Position numbers and translations under genes: made by a program. Shown in pieces: positions 8,636 through 17,876 of a stretch of 64,000 nucleotides of DNA (position 1 is the first letter of the stretch; every line of letters begins with the position of its first letter). The stretch comes from Tepidisphaeraceae bacterium. GTDB taxonomy: Bacteria > Planctomycetota > Phycisphaerae > Tepidisphaerales > Tepidisphaeraceae. The notes under the pieces are model-generated. The model was not told the origin of the DNA, ran no database searches, and saw nothing but the letters and a program-made list of their open reading frames with translations. The stretch covers positions 37,571 through 101,570 of the forward strand of contig CBDAQA010000032.1 of assembly GCA_965198865.1 (NCBI GenBank). The letters are read 5' to 3'.

Positions 8636-10162
8636 ATGAGCGATCGGGCAGACGAGCGGCCGTGGTGGGCCCCCGAGGAACCCGTCCTGCCGGCCGGCGT
8701 CGCCGACCGCCTCCGGGCCGTCGCGTACTACCGGCACTCGGCCCAGGACCGCCAGGAGAACTCCGTGGCCATCCAGCAGGAACAGGTGCTCCAGTGGGCG
8801 ACCGAGAACGGCGTGGACGTGATCCACGAGTTCGCCGACCGGGGCAAGTCGGGCCTGACGGCCGAGGGCCGGGACGCGTTCAACGACATGATGGAGAACT
8901 GGGTCCGTCGGCGGGACGACTTCCAGCTGGTCCTGTGCCTGGACGTCAGCCGGTGGGGGCGGTTTCAGGACTTCGATTTGTCGGCCACGTACAGCGCCGA
9001 CTGCAAGCGGCACGGCAAGCAGGTCGTCTACACGACGCTGGGCAAGCCCAAGGCGAACGACCCGCTCCACCAGGTGTACGTGCAGTTCGAGCGGTTCCGG
9101 GCCGCCCAGTACAGCCGGGAGCTGAGCGACAAGGTGTTCCGCGGGTGCGTCAAGGTCGTCCAGCAGGGGTACTGGGCCGGCGGGTCGCCGCCGTACGGGC
9201 TGGAGCGGCAGCTGCTCGACGAGCAGCGGCGGCCGGTCCAGGTCCTGCAGCCGGGCCAGCGGAAGGGCATCCAGAACCAGCGGGTGACGCTCGCCCCGGG
9301 CGAGGACGAGCGGGCGGGCACGGTCCGCCGGATCTTCCGCGACTGCGCCGAGGGCGGCTTGGACCCGCGGGCGATCGCCGCGGCCCTGAACCGGGACGGC
9401 GTCGCACCGCCCGGCGGCGGCCGGTGGGCGTCGCCCAAGGTGCGGCGGATCCTGACCAACGAGGAGTACGCCGGGACGCTCGTCTACAACCGGACCACCC
9501 AGAAGCTGCGGACGCCGTCCCGGCACAATCCGCCGGACCAGTGGGTCCGGACGGCCGACGCGTTCGCGCCGGTCGTCGACCGGGCCGTGTTCGACGCCGC
9601 CCAGCGGGCCCTGGCCGCCGCGGCGGCCCGGTACGAGCCCGCGGCGATGATCGAGCGGCTCGGGCGGCTCGCGCGGGAACACGCCGAGGTCCGCCCGTCG
9701 CTGCTCCGCGCCGACCCCGATTCGGTGTCGGCCGGCACCTACGCCAAGCGGTTCGCCTCCCTCGACGCCGCCTACCAGCGGGTGTTCGCGGAGGCGGTGG
9801 CCGGCGTGCGGGCGGACGTGGAGATGGCCGTGGCCGGCCTGGTCGGAGGGGTCGAGCGGCACGACGACTTCCTGGTCGTTAACGGCAAGTTCACCGTCGC
9901 CGTCCAGCCGTCGGTCCCCGTGCCCCACGGGTACAGCCAGTACTGGTACTTCCTGCCCGACGCCCGGGCCACGGTCGACATCACGCTGGGCGTGCCGGTG
10001 TCCGGCCCGGACGGGCCTCGGGTCCTGGGATACCTGGCCCTCCCCCGGCTGCTGGTCGCCCGCCGGGGCATCCGCCTGTTCGACTCCTCGGCCGCCCGCC
10101 TGGACCTGTACGGCCACGCCGGGCTCGACATCATCGTCCAACTCGCGAGGTCCTCGTCATGA
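8636..10162 (+). CDS. Large serine recombinase (resolvase catalytic domain plus recombinase domain)
   Basis: AVAYYRHSAQDRQENSVAIQQ..ADRGKSG is the resolvase N-terminal motif. 508 aa with a recombinase/zinc-ribbon-type extension. Confidence 0.9.
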   Translation: MSDRADERPWWAPEEPVLPAGVADRLRAVAYYRHSAQDRQENSVAIQQEQVLQWATENGVDVIHEFADRGKSGLTAEGRDAFNDMMENWVRRRDDFQLVLCLDVSRWGRFQDFDLSATYSADCKRHGKQVVYTTLGKPKANDPLHQVYVQFERFRAAQYSRELSDKVFRGCVKVVQQGYWAGGSPPYGLERQLLDEQRRPVQVLQPGQRKGIQNQRVTLAPGEDERAGTVRRIFRDCAEGGLDPRAIAAALNRDGVAPPGGGRWASPKVRRILTNEEYAGTLVYNRTTQKLRTPSRHNPPDQWVRTADAFAPVVDRAVFDAAQRALAAAAARYEPAAMIERLGRLAREHAEVRPSLLRADPDSVSAGTYAKRFASLDAAYQRVFAEAVAGVRADVEMAVAGLVGGVERHDDFLVVNGKFTVAVQPSVPVPHGYSQYWYFLPDARATVDITLGVPVSGPDGPRVLGYLALPRLLVARRGIRLFDSSAARLDLYGHAGLDIIVQLARSSS

Positions 10163-11058
10163 CGGAACCGGGCACGCCCATCCTGCTGATGCGGGACCGC
10201 CGCCGGGAGCTGATCCCGATAGACAAGGTGAAGGTCATCAACTCCCGGACGCGGGACGAGTCGCAGTTCGCGATGAACGTCCAGAGCATCGGGGCGGTCG
10301 GCCAGATCAAGGACGCGCGCGTCAACGACCGGTTCCTGGCCAAGGAAGGCCACTACGAGCTGATCTGCGGCGAGGGGAGGCTGATCGCCCAGCAGCGGCT
10401 GGGGCACACCCACGTGCGGGCCGAGGTCGTGACCTGCACGCGGAAGCAGGCCTACCTGGAGTCGCTGGTCGAGAACCTGGCCCGCAGCCGGCCGGGGACG
10501 ATGGACTTCGCCCGGGAGCTGAAGAACCTGCACGACGAGGGGTGGACGTACGAGCGGATCGCCACGGTCGCCTGCCGCCCGCCCGACTACGTCCGGCACC
10601 TGGTCCGCCTGGTCGAGCGGGGGGAGGAACGGCTGGTTCAGGGCGTCGAGCAGGGCGTGTTCCCGATCTCGTTCGCCGTCCTGGTCGCCCAGTCGGACGA
10701 TGCGGGGATCCAGAACGTGCTGATGGACGCCTTCGACCAGGGCATCGTCAACTGCGAGAACTTCGCCAAGGCCCGGGCGATCATCACCGCTCGCACGGAC
10801 GCCCGGAAGCGCAAGAGCGGGCGGGGCCGCAAGGACGGTTACACGGTCGCCACGCTGACGACCGACATCGCGACCGCCACCCAGGCCAAGGACTCGTACG
10901 TGCGGGAGGCCCAGGGCAAGGAGTCCCGCGTCTACCTGCTGCTGGACGGGGTCGGCACGCTGTTCCGCGACGCCGCCCTGGTCGAGCTGCTCCGCGCCGA
11001 GGGGCTCGGGCAATCGCCGGCGCTAGCCGGCACCTACACCGGGCCGAAGACCGCCTGA
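10159..11058 (+). CDS. ParB/Srx N-terminal domain protein (ParB-like 1)
   Basis: LIPIDKVKVINSRTRD..YELICGEGRLIAQQRLG (ParB box II-like). 4-nt overlap with the recombinase gene. Confidence 0.75.
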   Translation: MTEPGTPILLMRDRRRELIPIDKVKVINSRTRDESQFAMNVQSIGAVGQIKDARVNDRFLAKEGHYELICGEGRLIAQQRLGHTHVRAEVVTCTRKQAYLESLVENLARSRPGTMDFARELKNLHDEGWTYERIATVACRPPDYVRHLVRLVERGEERLVQGVEQGVFPISFAVLVAQSDDAGIQNVLMDAFDQGIVNCENFAKARAIITARTDARKRKSGRGRKDGYTVATLTTDIATATQAKDSYVREAQGKESRVYLLLDGVGTLFRDAALVELLRAEGLGQSPALAGTYTGPKTA

Positions 11059-11112
11059 CCGGGTGGGGCCGGCGGCCCGCACCGATCTTTTGTCCCGAAG
11101 GAGCATGACCCC

Positions 11113-11970
11113 ATGGACGAGTCGCAGCCCGTAGACGAGTCGCAGCCGCTGGACGTCCCGATCCTCCGCCTGCGCCCGCTGCGGGAGCGGCGGGTGTCCC
11201 GGCGGGAGTACGACCGCATCCTGGCCAGCCTCCGCGCGGTCGGGCTGATCGAGCCGCTGGTCGTCTACCCCGACGGGGACGACTACGTGATCCTGGACGG
11301 CGTCCAGCGGTACCGGGCCCTGCTGGAGATGGGCGTCGAGCTCGTCCCGTGCCTGGTCGGCGTCCAGCGGGAGGCGTTCACCGGCAACCGCATGGTCAAC
11401 CGCGTCTCGCCGATCCAGGAGCGGCGGATGATCGAGCGGTCGCTGGAGGAGCTGGACCCGGCGGCGATCGGGGCCGCCCTGGGCATCGCCCACATCGGGT
11501 ACCGGCTCAAGGGGACGCTGCTCAAGCGGCTGCACTCGGACGTGGCGGCCGCGTTCGATCGGGGGCAACTGACCCGGGCGTGCGCGACGGAGCTGACGCA
11601 CGTGAAACCCCAGCGGCAGCGGGAGATCCTCACGGCCATGGAGGGGTACAAGGACTACGGGATCGCGTTCGCGCGGAGCCAGGTCCTCAAGACACCGCCG
11701 GCCCTCCGCGAGGGGCGGTCCCGCGCGGGCGGGGGACCGTGGGACAAGGCGGCCCAGCGGAAGGGGGAGCTGCTGAAGCGGCTGGCCGACGCCGAGCAGA
11801 AGCACGACTTCTACTCCGGGCTCTACAAGCAGTACACGGTCGACCTGCTGCGGCTGGCCATCTACGCCCGGTCGCTGCTGACCAACGGCCGGGTCCGCGA
11901 GTACCTCGACCGGCACCACCCGGCCGTGGCGGCCCAGTTCGAGGCGATCGTCGCCGACGCCCGCGGGTGA
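11113..11970 (+). CDS. ParB/Srx N-terminal domain protein (ParB-like 2)
   Basis: LIEPLVVYPDGDDYVILDGVQRYRALLEMG. The N-terminus has an in-frame 18-nt tandem duplication (DESQPVDESQPLD). Confidence 0.7.
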   Translation: MDESQPVDESQPLDVPILRLRPLRERRVSRREYDRILASLRAVGLIEPLVVYPDGDDYVILDGVQRYRALLEMGVELVPCLVGVQREAFTGNRMVNRVSPIQERRMIERSLEELDPAAIGAALGIAHIGYRLKGTLLKRLHSDVAAAFDRGQLTRACATELTHVKPQRQREILTAMEGYKDYGIAFARSQVLKTPPALREGRSRAGGGPWDKAAQRKGELLKRLADAEQKHDFYSGLYKQYTVDLLRLAIYARSLLTNGRVREYLDRHHPAVAAQFEAIVADARG

Positions 11971-12595
11971 GGGAGGCACGCCATGGGCAAGTGGACGCGG
12001 GAACACATCCTCCGCGAGATCCTGCGGCGGGACGCCGCCGGGCTGCCGCTGGTGCCGGTCGGCCCCGACGGCGTCGGGCCGGCGTTCCGCCAGGCGGCCG
12101 ACCGGATCTTCGGGTCGTGGCCGAACGCCGTCGCGGCGGCCGGGCTTGCCCCCGACCGGGCCCGCGCCCGCCACCCGTGGCCGCCGTCCCGCATCCTGAC
12201 CGTCATCCGGTCGCTGGCCCGGCGGCGAACGCCGCTCACCGCGGCCGAGCTCCGCCACCGCCACGGCTACCTGGTCGCGGCGGCCCGCCGGTCGTTCGGG
12301 TCGTGGGCCGTCGCCGTCGTGGCCGCCGGGGTCGACCCCCAACGACTGCGGCCGCCGCGGCTGTGGACCCGCGAGCGGCTGGTCGAGGCGATCCTCACCC
12401 GCGCGCTGCGGGGCGAGCCCCTGGGCCGACGGGGCGTGCAACCTCGGTCCTTGGCCGAGGCCGCGGCCCGGGAGTTCGGCTCGTGGGCGGCGGCCCTGCG
12501 GGCGGCCGGTCTCGAACCCGACCAGTACCTCAACGGACCGCCCGGGTCACCGGCGGCCCGGCCCGGTCGGTCCCAGTTGCGGCTGGGACGGGCTA

Positions 12596-13627
12596 GAGCA
12601 GGTTCAGTTGAGCCGTAGCGCTATGGGGATCGCACTGGTACTTTCCGAATCTCAAGGAGAGGCACCAGATGGCATATTCGACCGACATCCGTTCCCGCGT
12701 GCTGGCCCTGTACGACGACGGCGTGAAGACGGCGGCGATTGCCAAGCAGCTGATGGTGTCGCCGGCCTGGGCGCGGCGGGTCAAGCAGCACCGGGACGCC
12801 GACCCGGCCCTGCGGCGGCCGGTCGGCGGGCGCAAGCCGAAGCTGGACCGGGCGGGCCGCGACCAACTGGCGAAATGGGTGGCAGAACGGCCCGACGCGA
12901 CGCTCGAAGAGCTGCGGGCGCGCGTGGCCAAGGAGCTGAAGGTCACCGTCAGCATCGGGTGCCTCTTCAACACGCTGCGGGCCCTGAAGCTGACCTTCAA
13001 GAAGAAGTCGCTCGTCGCCGCCGAGCAAAAAGAACGCCCCGACGTATCCAAGGCCCGCGACGCGTTCTTCGCCGAGCAGCTGAAGGGCGTGCCGCTGGCC
13101 GACATCGTCGTGATGGACGAGAGCTACGCGACCACGCAGTTCACGCGGTTGCGTGGCCGCGCCCCGGCGGGCGAGCGGCTCCACGAGCACGTGCCCCACG
13201 GCCACTGGAAGCGCCTCACGATCCTCGGCGCGATGACCGTGTCGGGTCCACTGGTCGCGACGACGATCGACGCCTCGACGTGCGGCGACACGTTCCGCAC
13301 GTTCGTCGACGACTTCCTCTGCCCGGCCCTGCGGCCGGGGCAGGTCGTCGTCATGGACAATCTCTCGGCCCACAAGGTGGCGGGCATCCGCGCCTCGATC
13401 GAGGCGGCCCAGTGTCGCCTGGTCTACCTGCCGCCGTACTCGCCCGACCTCAGCCCGATCGAGCCGATGTGGTCCAAGGTCAAGCAGGCGTTGAGGACCG
13501 CGGCCCAGCGGACCGTACAAGGTTTGATCGACGCCGTCGGCCCCGCGTTCGCCACGGTGACCGCCGGCGACTGCCTGGGCTACTTCACACACTGCGGATA
13601 CACGCTACACCTCAAGTGAAAATGCTC
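12596..13627 (+). mobile_element. IS630/Tc1-mariner-family insertion sequence
   Basis: 25-bp imperfect terminal IRs (GAGCAGGTTCAGTTGAGCCGTAGCG versus the reverse complement of CGCTACACCTCAAGTGAAAATGCTC, 20/25 matching). TA duplications flank it at 12594-12595 and 13628-13629. Confidence 0.85.
12669..13619 (+). CDS. IS630-family DDE transposase
   Basis: VVMDESYA..VVMDNLSAHK..LPPYSPDLSPIEPMWSKVK. Confidence 0.9.
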   Translation: MAYSTDIRSRVLALYDDGVKTAAIAKQLMVSPAWARRVKQHRDADPALRRPVGGRKPKLDRAGRDQLAKWVAERPDATLEELRARVAKELKVTVSIGCLFNTLRALKLTFKKKSLVAAEQKERPDVSKARDAFFAEQLKGVPLADIVVMDESYATTQFTRLRGRAPAGERLHEHVPHGHWKRLTILGAMTVSGPLVATTIDASTCGDTFRTFVDDFLCPALRPGQVVVMDNLSAHKVAGIRASIEAAQCRLVYLPPYSPDLSPIEPMWSKVKQALRTAAQRTVQGLIDAVGPAFATVTAGDCLGYFTHCGYTLHLK

Positions 13628-13973
13628 TAGGGAGGGCGTCAAACAAGGGCCGGCAGTGCCGGGCCGCCGCCCGCCCCCGTCCGACGCCGAGGTGCTGGAG
13701 GCGGTGGCCGCCCGGGTCCGCCAGCGGCGGCCGATGACGGCCGCCGCCGTCCGGGTGGAGGACTGCCGCGTGTACCGGGCGGCCGTCCGCCGGTTCGGGA
13801 CCTGGGCGGATGCCGTCCGGGCCGCTACGTCGGCGTCGCCGGCCGAAGCTGAGTCGGACGGCCCCGACGGCGGGCCGCCTGCTGGGTAACACGGCGCTCC
13901 GCCGGTTTCGGGGTGAGCCGCAGCCGGTCTCACGACCGAAGCCGGCCTGCGACCTGTAGATCTGTCGCAAGAG

Positions 13974-14918
13974 GTGAACGATGCGAGCCTTATCCCGTTC
14001 GGTCTCAAAGTCTCACGTTTCCGGCGGTGGCCCTTGAGCCGCACAGGACGCGGGCGGGACGGCGGCTTGCCGGCCGAGGCGATCCGGCTGACGACGTATG
14101 AGCAGCTTGACCGGTACCTGTCCAAGTTCGCCGCCGGCGACCTCGGGCTGGTGCTCCTGCTCGGCCGACCGGGCGTGGGCAAGAGCGAGGCCGTCCGGCG
14201 GTGGCTCGGAGCGGGTCCGACCTACGCCGATCCGACCGGTGTAACGGGAGGCGAGGCGGACGACCGCGTCCTGTACGTCGAGGGGCACGTGCAGCCGTTC
14301 GGCCTCTACCGTGGCCTGTGGGAGCACCGGGACAAGCCGGTCGTCCTGGACGACGTCGACAAGCTTTACGCCGACCCGAACTGCGTCCGCCTGCTCAAGC
14401 CGCTCTGCAACACGGTGGCCGAGAAGCGGCTCACGTGGCTCAGCCGGACCACGGCGGACGGCGGCGACGTGCCGGCGGCGTTCGTCACCCGCAGCCGGCT
14501 GATCCTGCTCGCCAACGAGTGGCGGACGTTGAACGCCAACGTCCGGGCCCTGGAGGACCGGGCCATCGTCCTGCACTTCGACCCGCCCAACGCCGAGGTC
14601 CACCGTCAGGTCGGGCGGTGGTTCGCCGACTCCGAGGTGTACGCGTTCGTCGCCCGGGTCTTGCCCGCGGCCGGCCCGGTGTCCATGCGGCACTACTGCA
14701 AGGCGTCCCAGCTCCGCCGGGCCGGGTTGCCGCACTGGCGGCGGGACCTGCTGCAGATGCTGCTCGCCGACCCCCATCTGGCGTGCGTCGCCGCCGTGCA
14801 GGTCGAGTGCAACCTGACGAGCGAGCGGGAACGGGTCGACCGATTCGTCGCCGAAACCGGAGCCTCCCGGGCGACCTATTTCCGGGCGAAGGCCCGTCTG
14901 GCCGGCCTGCCTCATTGA
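13974..14918 (+). CDS. P-loop AAA-type ATPase
   Basis: Walker A LLGRPGVGKSE and Walker B VVLDDVD. GTG start. Confidence 0.7.
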   Translation: MNDASLIPFGLKVSRFRRWPLSRTGRGRDGGLPAEAIRLTTYEQLDRYLSKFAAGDLGLVLLLGRPGVGKSEAVRRWLGAGPTYADPTGVTGGEADDRVLYVEGHVQPFGLYRGLWEHRDKPVVLDDVDKLYADPNCVRLLKPLCNTVAEKRLTWLSRTTADGGDVPAAFVTRSRLILLANEWRTLNANVRALEDRAIVLHFDPPNAEVHRQVGRWFADSEVYAFVARVLPAAGPVSMRHYCKASQLRRAGLPHWRRDLLQMLLADPHLACVAAVQVECNLTSERERVDRFVAETGASRATYFRAKARLAGLPH

Positions 14919-15059
14919 CTGGCGGACCGGCTTGCGGAGGGTTGGGTCGGCACTGCCACGCCAGACCGGCGGACGGCTCTCGCGGAGTTCAGGATTGTCC
15001 GCAGTGAAATACTTAAACGATTCTTGCATGACAACCCATGCCATTATACAGTTGGACGC

Positions 15060-15308
15060 ATGGCAGCAGGTCGATCATCGCGGGACGCGTCCAAGGGCAT
15101 CCGCAAGCCCAAGACCGAGCAGCGGACCTACCGGTTCAACGCCCAGCTGTGGGCCGACTTCGAGGCTGACTGCGCCCGCCACCTGCGGAACCCGCGGCTG
15201 GTCGTCGAGGCCCTGGTCCGGCACTGGCTGGACACGGACGACAAGGTCAAGGGCGGCATCGCCCAGCGGCACCAGCAGTGGACCGGCGGGGCGGGGGCCG
15301 AGGAGTAG
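15060..15308 (+). CDS. Small RHH-like protein, paralog of 6460-6693
   Basis: See 6460-6693. The internal ATG at 15060 is preferred over 15024. Confidence 0.55.
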   Translation: MAAGRSSRDASKGIRKPKTEQRTYRFNAQLWADFEADCARHLRNPRLVVEALVRHWLDTDDKVKGGIAQRHQQWTGGAGAEE

Positions 15309-15445
15309 CCGTCCGCCGCCGGTGTGCCACCGGCAGCGTACCGTCTCCGACGGTTGGCCAAGCCGGCCGATCGCCATTGAGGGCACCCGGGCTTGGACAA
15401 CTGGACGCTTGCACAGGATACTTCAGATTATTCGAAGGATTGTGC

Positions 15446-16060
15446 GTGGCGTACCGTGACACACTCCAGGCCCGCCGTGACCTGCACGCCCTGGCCGCCG
15501 GCCAGGGCGGGTACTTCACGGCCAAGCAGGCCCGGGCGGCCGGGTACGGCTATGCCCACCTGGCCTACCACACCGGGGCGGGCACTTTTGAACGGGCCGG
15601 CCCCGGGCTGTACCGGCTGGCCGACGTGCCGCCGTCGGAGCACGACGACCTGGTCCGCCTGGCCCTGTGGAGCCGCGACCGGGCCGACGCGCCCCAGGCG
15701 GTCGCGTCCCACGACACGGCCCTAACCCTCCACGGGCTGGGCGAGCTGCTGCCGGTCCGCACCCACCTGACGGTGCCGCCGGGGTTCCGCAAGGAGGCTC
15801 CCGGAGCCGTGGTGCTCCACCGGGCGCGGCTCGGGCCGGCGGACGTGGTGGAGCGGGAGGGGTTCTCGGTCACGACGCCCCTGCGGACGCTGTTGGACGT
15901 GGCGTCGGCCGGCACGGTGCCGGTCGAGCAGGTGGCGAAGGCGGCGGCCGACGCGGTCGCCCGCGGGCTCGTCCGCCGGCGACAACTGGACATTGCTGCA
16001 ATCGCGGCCGGGCCGGGCGCGGCCGCCCGGCTCGGGACGGCCGCGGCCCCGGTCGGCTGA
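15446..16060 (+). CDS. abiEi: AbiEi-family type IV antitoxin / transcriptional regulator
   Basis: ALAAGQGGYFTAKQARAAGY..LAYHTGAGTFERAGPGLYRLADVP..ASHDTALTLHGL is the AbiEi N-terminal signature. The GTG at 15446 is my preferred start, but it is uncertain. Confidence 0.75.
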   Translation: MAYRDTLQARRDLHALAAGQGGYFTAKQARAAGYGYAHLAYHTGAGTFERAGPGLYRLADVPPSEHDDLVRLALWSRDRADAPQAVASHDTALTLHGLGELLPVRTHLTVPPGFRKEAPGAVVLHRARLGPADVVEREGFSVTTPLRTLLDVASAGTVPVEQVAKAAADAVARGLVRRRQLDIAAIAAGPGAAARLGTAAAPVG

Positions 16061-16086
16061 GACGAGCGAGGAGCACGGCCGTGGCG

Positions 16087-16974
16087 ATGCCCCCACCCAA
16101 GCTGTTCGCGACGGCCGCCGCCTTCCGGGCGTCGCTAGAGGACCGGCTCAAGGGGGAGGCGGCCGCCCGCGGCGTGCCGTTGAACACGCTGCGGCTCAAG
16201 CTCGTGATGGAGCGGCTGTTGGCCCGGCTGTTCGCCGCGGCCGACCCGCCGTGGCTGCTCAAGGGCGGGTACGCCATGGAGCTCCGCTATCGCCCGCGGG
16301 CGCGGACCACCCGCGACCTGGACCTGACGATCACGTCCGTCGACGCGGCCCAGCCGCTCGCCGTTCGCCTGGAGCGGGTCCGGGACGAGCTGCAGGCGGC
16401 GGCCGAGGCCGACGCCGGCGACTTCCTGCGGTACACGATCGCCGCGGCGGTGAGTGAACTGCAGGGGGCACCGCTGGGCGGTGCCCGGTTCACGGCCGAG
16501 GCGACGCTGGCCGGGCGGCCGTACGGCCGCTTCCACCTGGACGTCGGCTTCGGCGACGCCGCCGGGGGCGAGCCCGAGCGGCTGGGCGGCGACGACCTGC
16601 TGGCCTTCGCCGGCGTGCCGCCGGCATCGGTGTTGGCCCTACCGCGGGCCCAGCACTTCGCAGAGAAGGTCCACGCCTACACGTTCCCGCGGGTCGGCCG
16701 AACGAACACGCGGACGAAGGACCTGGTCGACCTGGTCCTACTGATCGACCGCGGCGGGCTGCCGCCTGCCGCCGACCTGGCGGCGGCGGTGGCCGCCACA
16801 TTCGCGCGGCGGAGCACCCATCCGGTGCCCGTCGAGCTGCCGCCACCGCCCGCCGCGTGGACGTCGGACTACGCCGCACTCGCGGCCGAGGCGCAGCTTC
16901 CCGCCCCCGAGCTCGCCGACGGGTACGCCCTGGTCGCCGCCTTCTGGCGGACCCACGTGCCGTCCGTCCGGTGA
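16087..16974 (+). CDS. abiEii: AbiEii/AbiGii-family nucleotidyltransferase toxin (DUF1814)
   Basis: F..SLEDRLK..A...G..L..LR..LVMERLLARL......WLLKGGYAMELRY...R.T.DLDL. I take the ATG at 16087 inside the longer ORF 15667-16974. Confidence 0.8.
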   Translation: MPPPKLFATAAAFRASLEDRLKGEAAARGVPLNTLRLKLVMERLLARLFAAADPPWLLKGGYAMELRYRPRARTTRDLDLTITSVDAAQPLAVRLERVRDELQAAAEADAGDFLRYTIAAAVSELQGAPLGGARFTAEATLAGRPYGRFHLDVGFGDAAGGEPERLGGDDLLAFAGVPPASVLALPRAQHFAEKVHAYTFPRVGRTNTRTKDLVDLVLLIDRGGLPPAADLAAAVAATFARRSTHPVPVELPPPPAAWTSDYAALAAEAQLPAPELADGYALVAAFWRTHVPSVR

Positions 16975-17363
16975 ACTTGGGCGAGCGTATACGTTCCCCG
17001 TCCGATCCCGCTGACCGGGTGAACTCCCCCGCGCAGATGTTAACGCCAACCCAGACTCCCATGACGGACGTGGTATTCAGTTCAACGGCACTGTAAACCC
17101 TGATTGTCATCCTGTTCTAGTCGGGTTAGGGTCGCGGTCCGTGGGTGGCAGGTCTACAGGGCGGGTCGGGGTGGGTGCGCGCTAACGGCCGCTGTAAGGG
17201 GCCGAAGGTGCAGTTCAATGCCGACGCCCCGTGAGACCGCCGCCCGCTCGGGCCCGGGCCCGACGTGTTCCGTTCCGGCACGGAGGCCACACCCAGTCCC
17301 GCCCGGCGGGGCCGACGAATTCATCGTCGGTCCGCCGCGGGATGACCTCCACGGGAGTCCTGT

Positions 17364-17876
17364 GTGTCTACGGCCCCGCTCGTCCGCGTCGTCGCCCGAG
17401 ACCGGTCCGGTCCCGGCCGCCGGCTCCGCCTGCACCGGCTCGCGTTCGGCGTCCCGATCGCCGAGGACGCCGTCCCCAACCGCGACGGCACGTCCGACCG
17501 GATCTACCATTTCGCGCCCGGGTCGGTGTTCGCCATGGTGTGGTCCCGGCGAACGTGCCTCGGCCGCATGCGCCGCATCCTGGCAGTCGTCGAGACCCCG
17601 CGGCTGCCGGGCGACGAACGCCGCCCGCTGCCCGGCGTCCGCCCCGGCGTCATCGTCCACGCGACGCTGAGCGAGTTCGGACCGGCCGGATCGGTCGGCA
17701 CCTCGGGCGACGTCGACCGCATGATCGACCTGATCGATCGGGTGCGGGCGGCGGCCCTGGAGCCGGCCCACGTGCCGGCCCGGTACTGGGCCGCGGCGGC
17801 CGAGCGGATCCTGTTCGGCCGGCCGTTGCCCGACCTTCCCCGCCCCAGGCCCACAGACCATCGGAGGCCGGCGTGA
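17364..17876 (+). CDS. DUF2840-like protein (conserved ICE backbone gene preceding traF)
   Basis: HFAPGSVFAMVW matches my recollection of the DUF2840 core. GTGA overlap with the S26 peptidase gene, as in related ICEs. Confidence 0.5.
   Translation: MSTAPLVRVVARDRSGPGRRLRLHRLAFGVPIAEDAVPNRDGTSDRIYHFAPGSVFAMVWSRRTCLGRMRRILAVVETPRLPGDERRPLPGVRPGVIVHATLSEFGPAGSVGTSGDVDRMIDLIDRVRAAALEPAHVPARYWAAAAERILFGRPLPDLPRPRPTDHRRPA

Larger units (their letters stand above)
11983..13889 (+). pseudogene. Homing-endonuclease-associated-repeat protein, interrupted by an IS630-family element
   Basis: Three W(T/S)RE..FGSW..A..AAGL repeats lie before the IS. A fourth (FGTWADAVRAA) lies in ORF 13656-13889. Removing 12596-13629 (IS plus one TA) joins the two parts in frame. 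Confidence 0.75.

Noticed and set aside
8135-10141. 668-aa ORF antisense to the serine recombinase gene
   Set aside because: Arg/Pro/Gly/Val-dominated low-complexity translation, typical of the reverse strand of a GC-rich gene. The + strand ORF has clear resolvase motifs.
11116-11151. 18-nt tandem duplication (GACGAGTCGCAGCC..) at the start of the second ParB-like gene
   Set aside because: Only two units, in frame (DESQPVDESQPLD). A trivial slippage duplication, not a repeat array or CRISPR.
16975-17363. Possible tRNA fragment or att site in the lower-GC intergenic region after AbiEii (e.g. GGTGCAGTTCAATGC)
   Set aside because: No cloverleaf can be built, and the T-loop-like string lacks the GTTCRANYC consensus context. 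No matching direct repeat was found elsewhere in the window.
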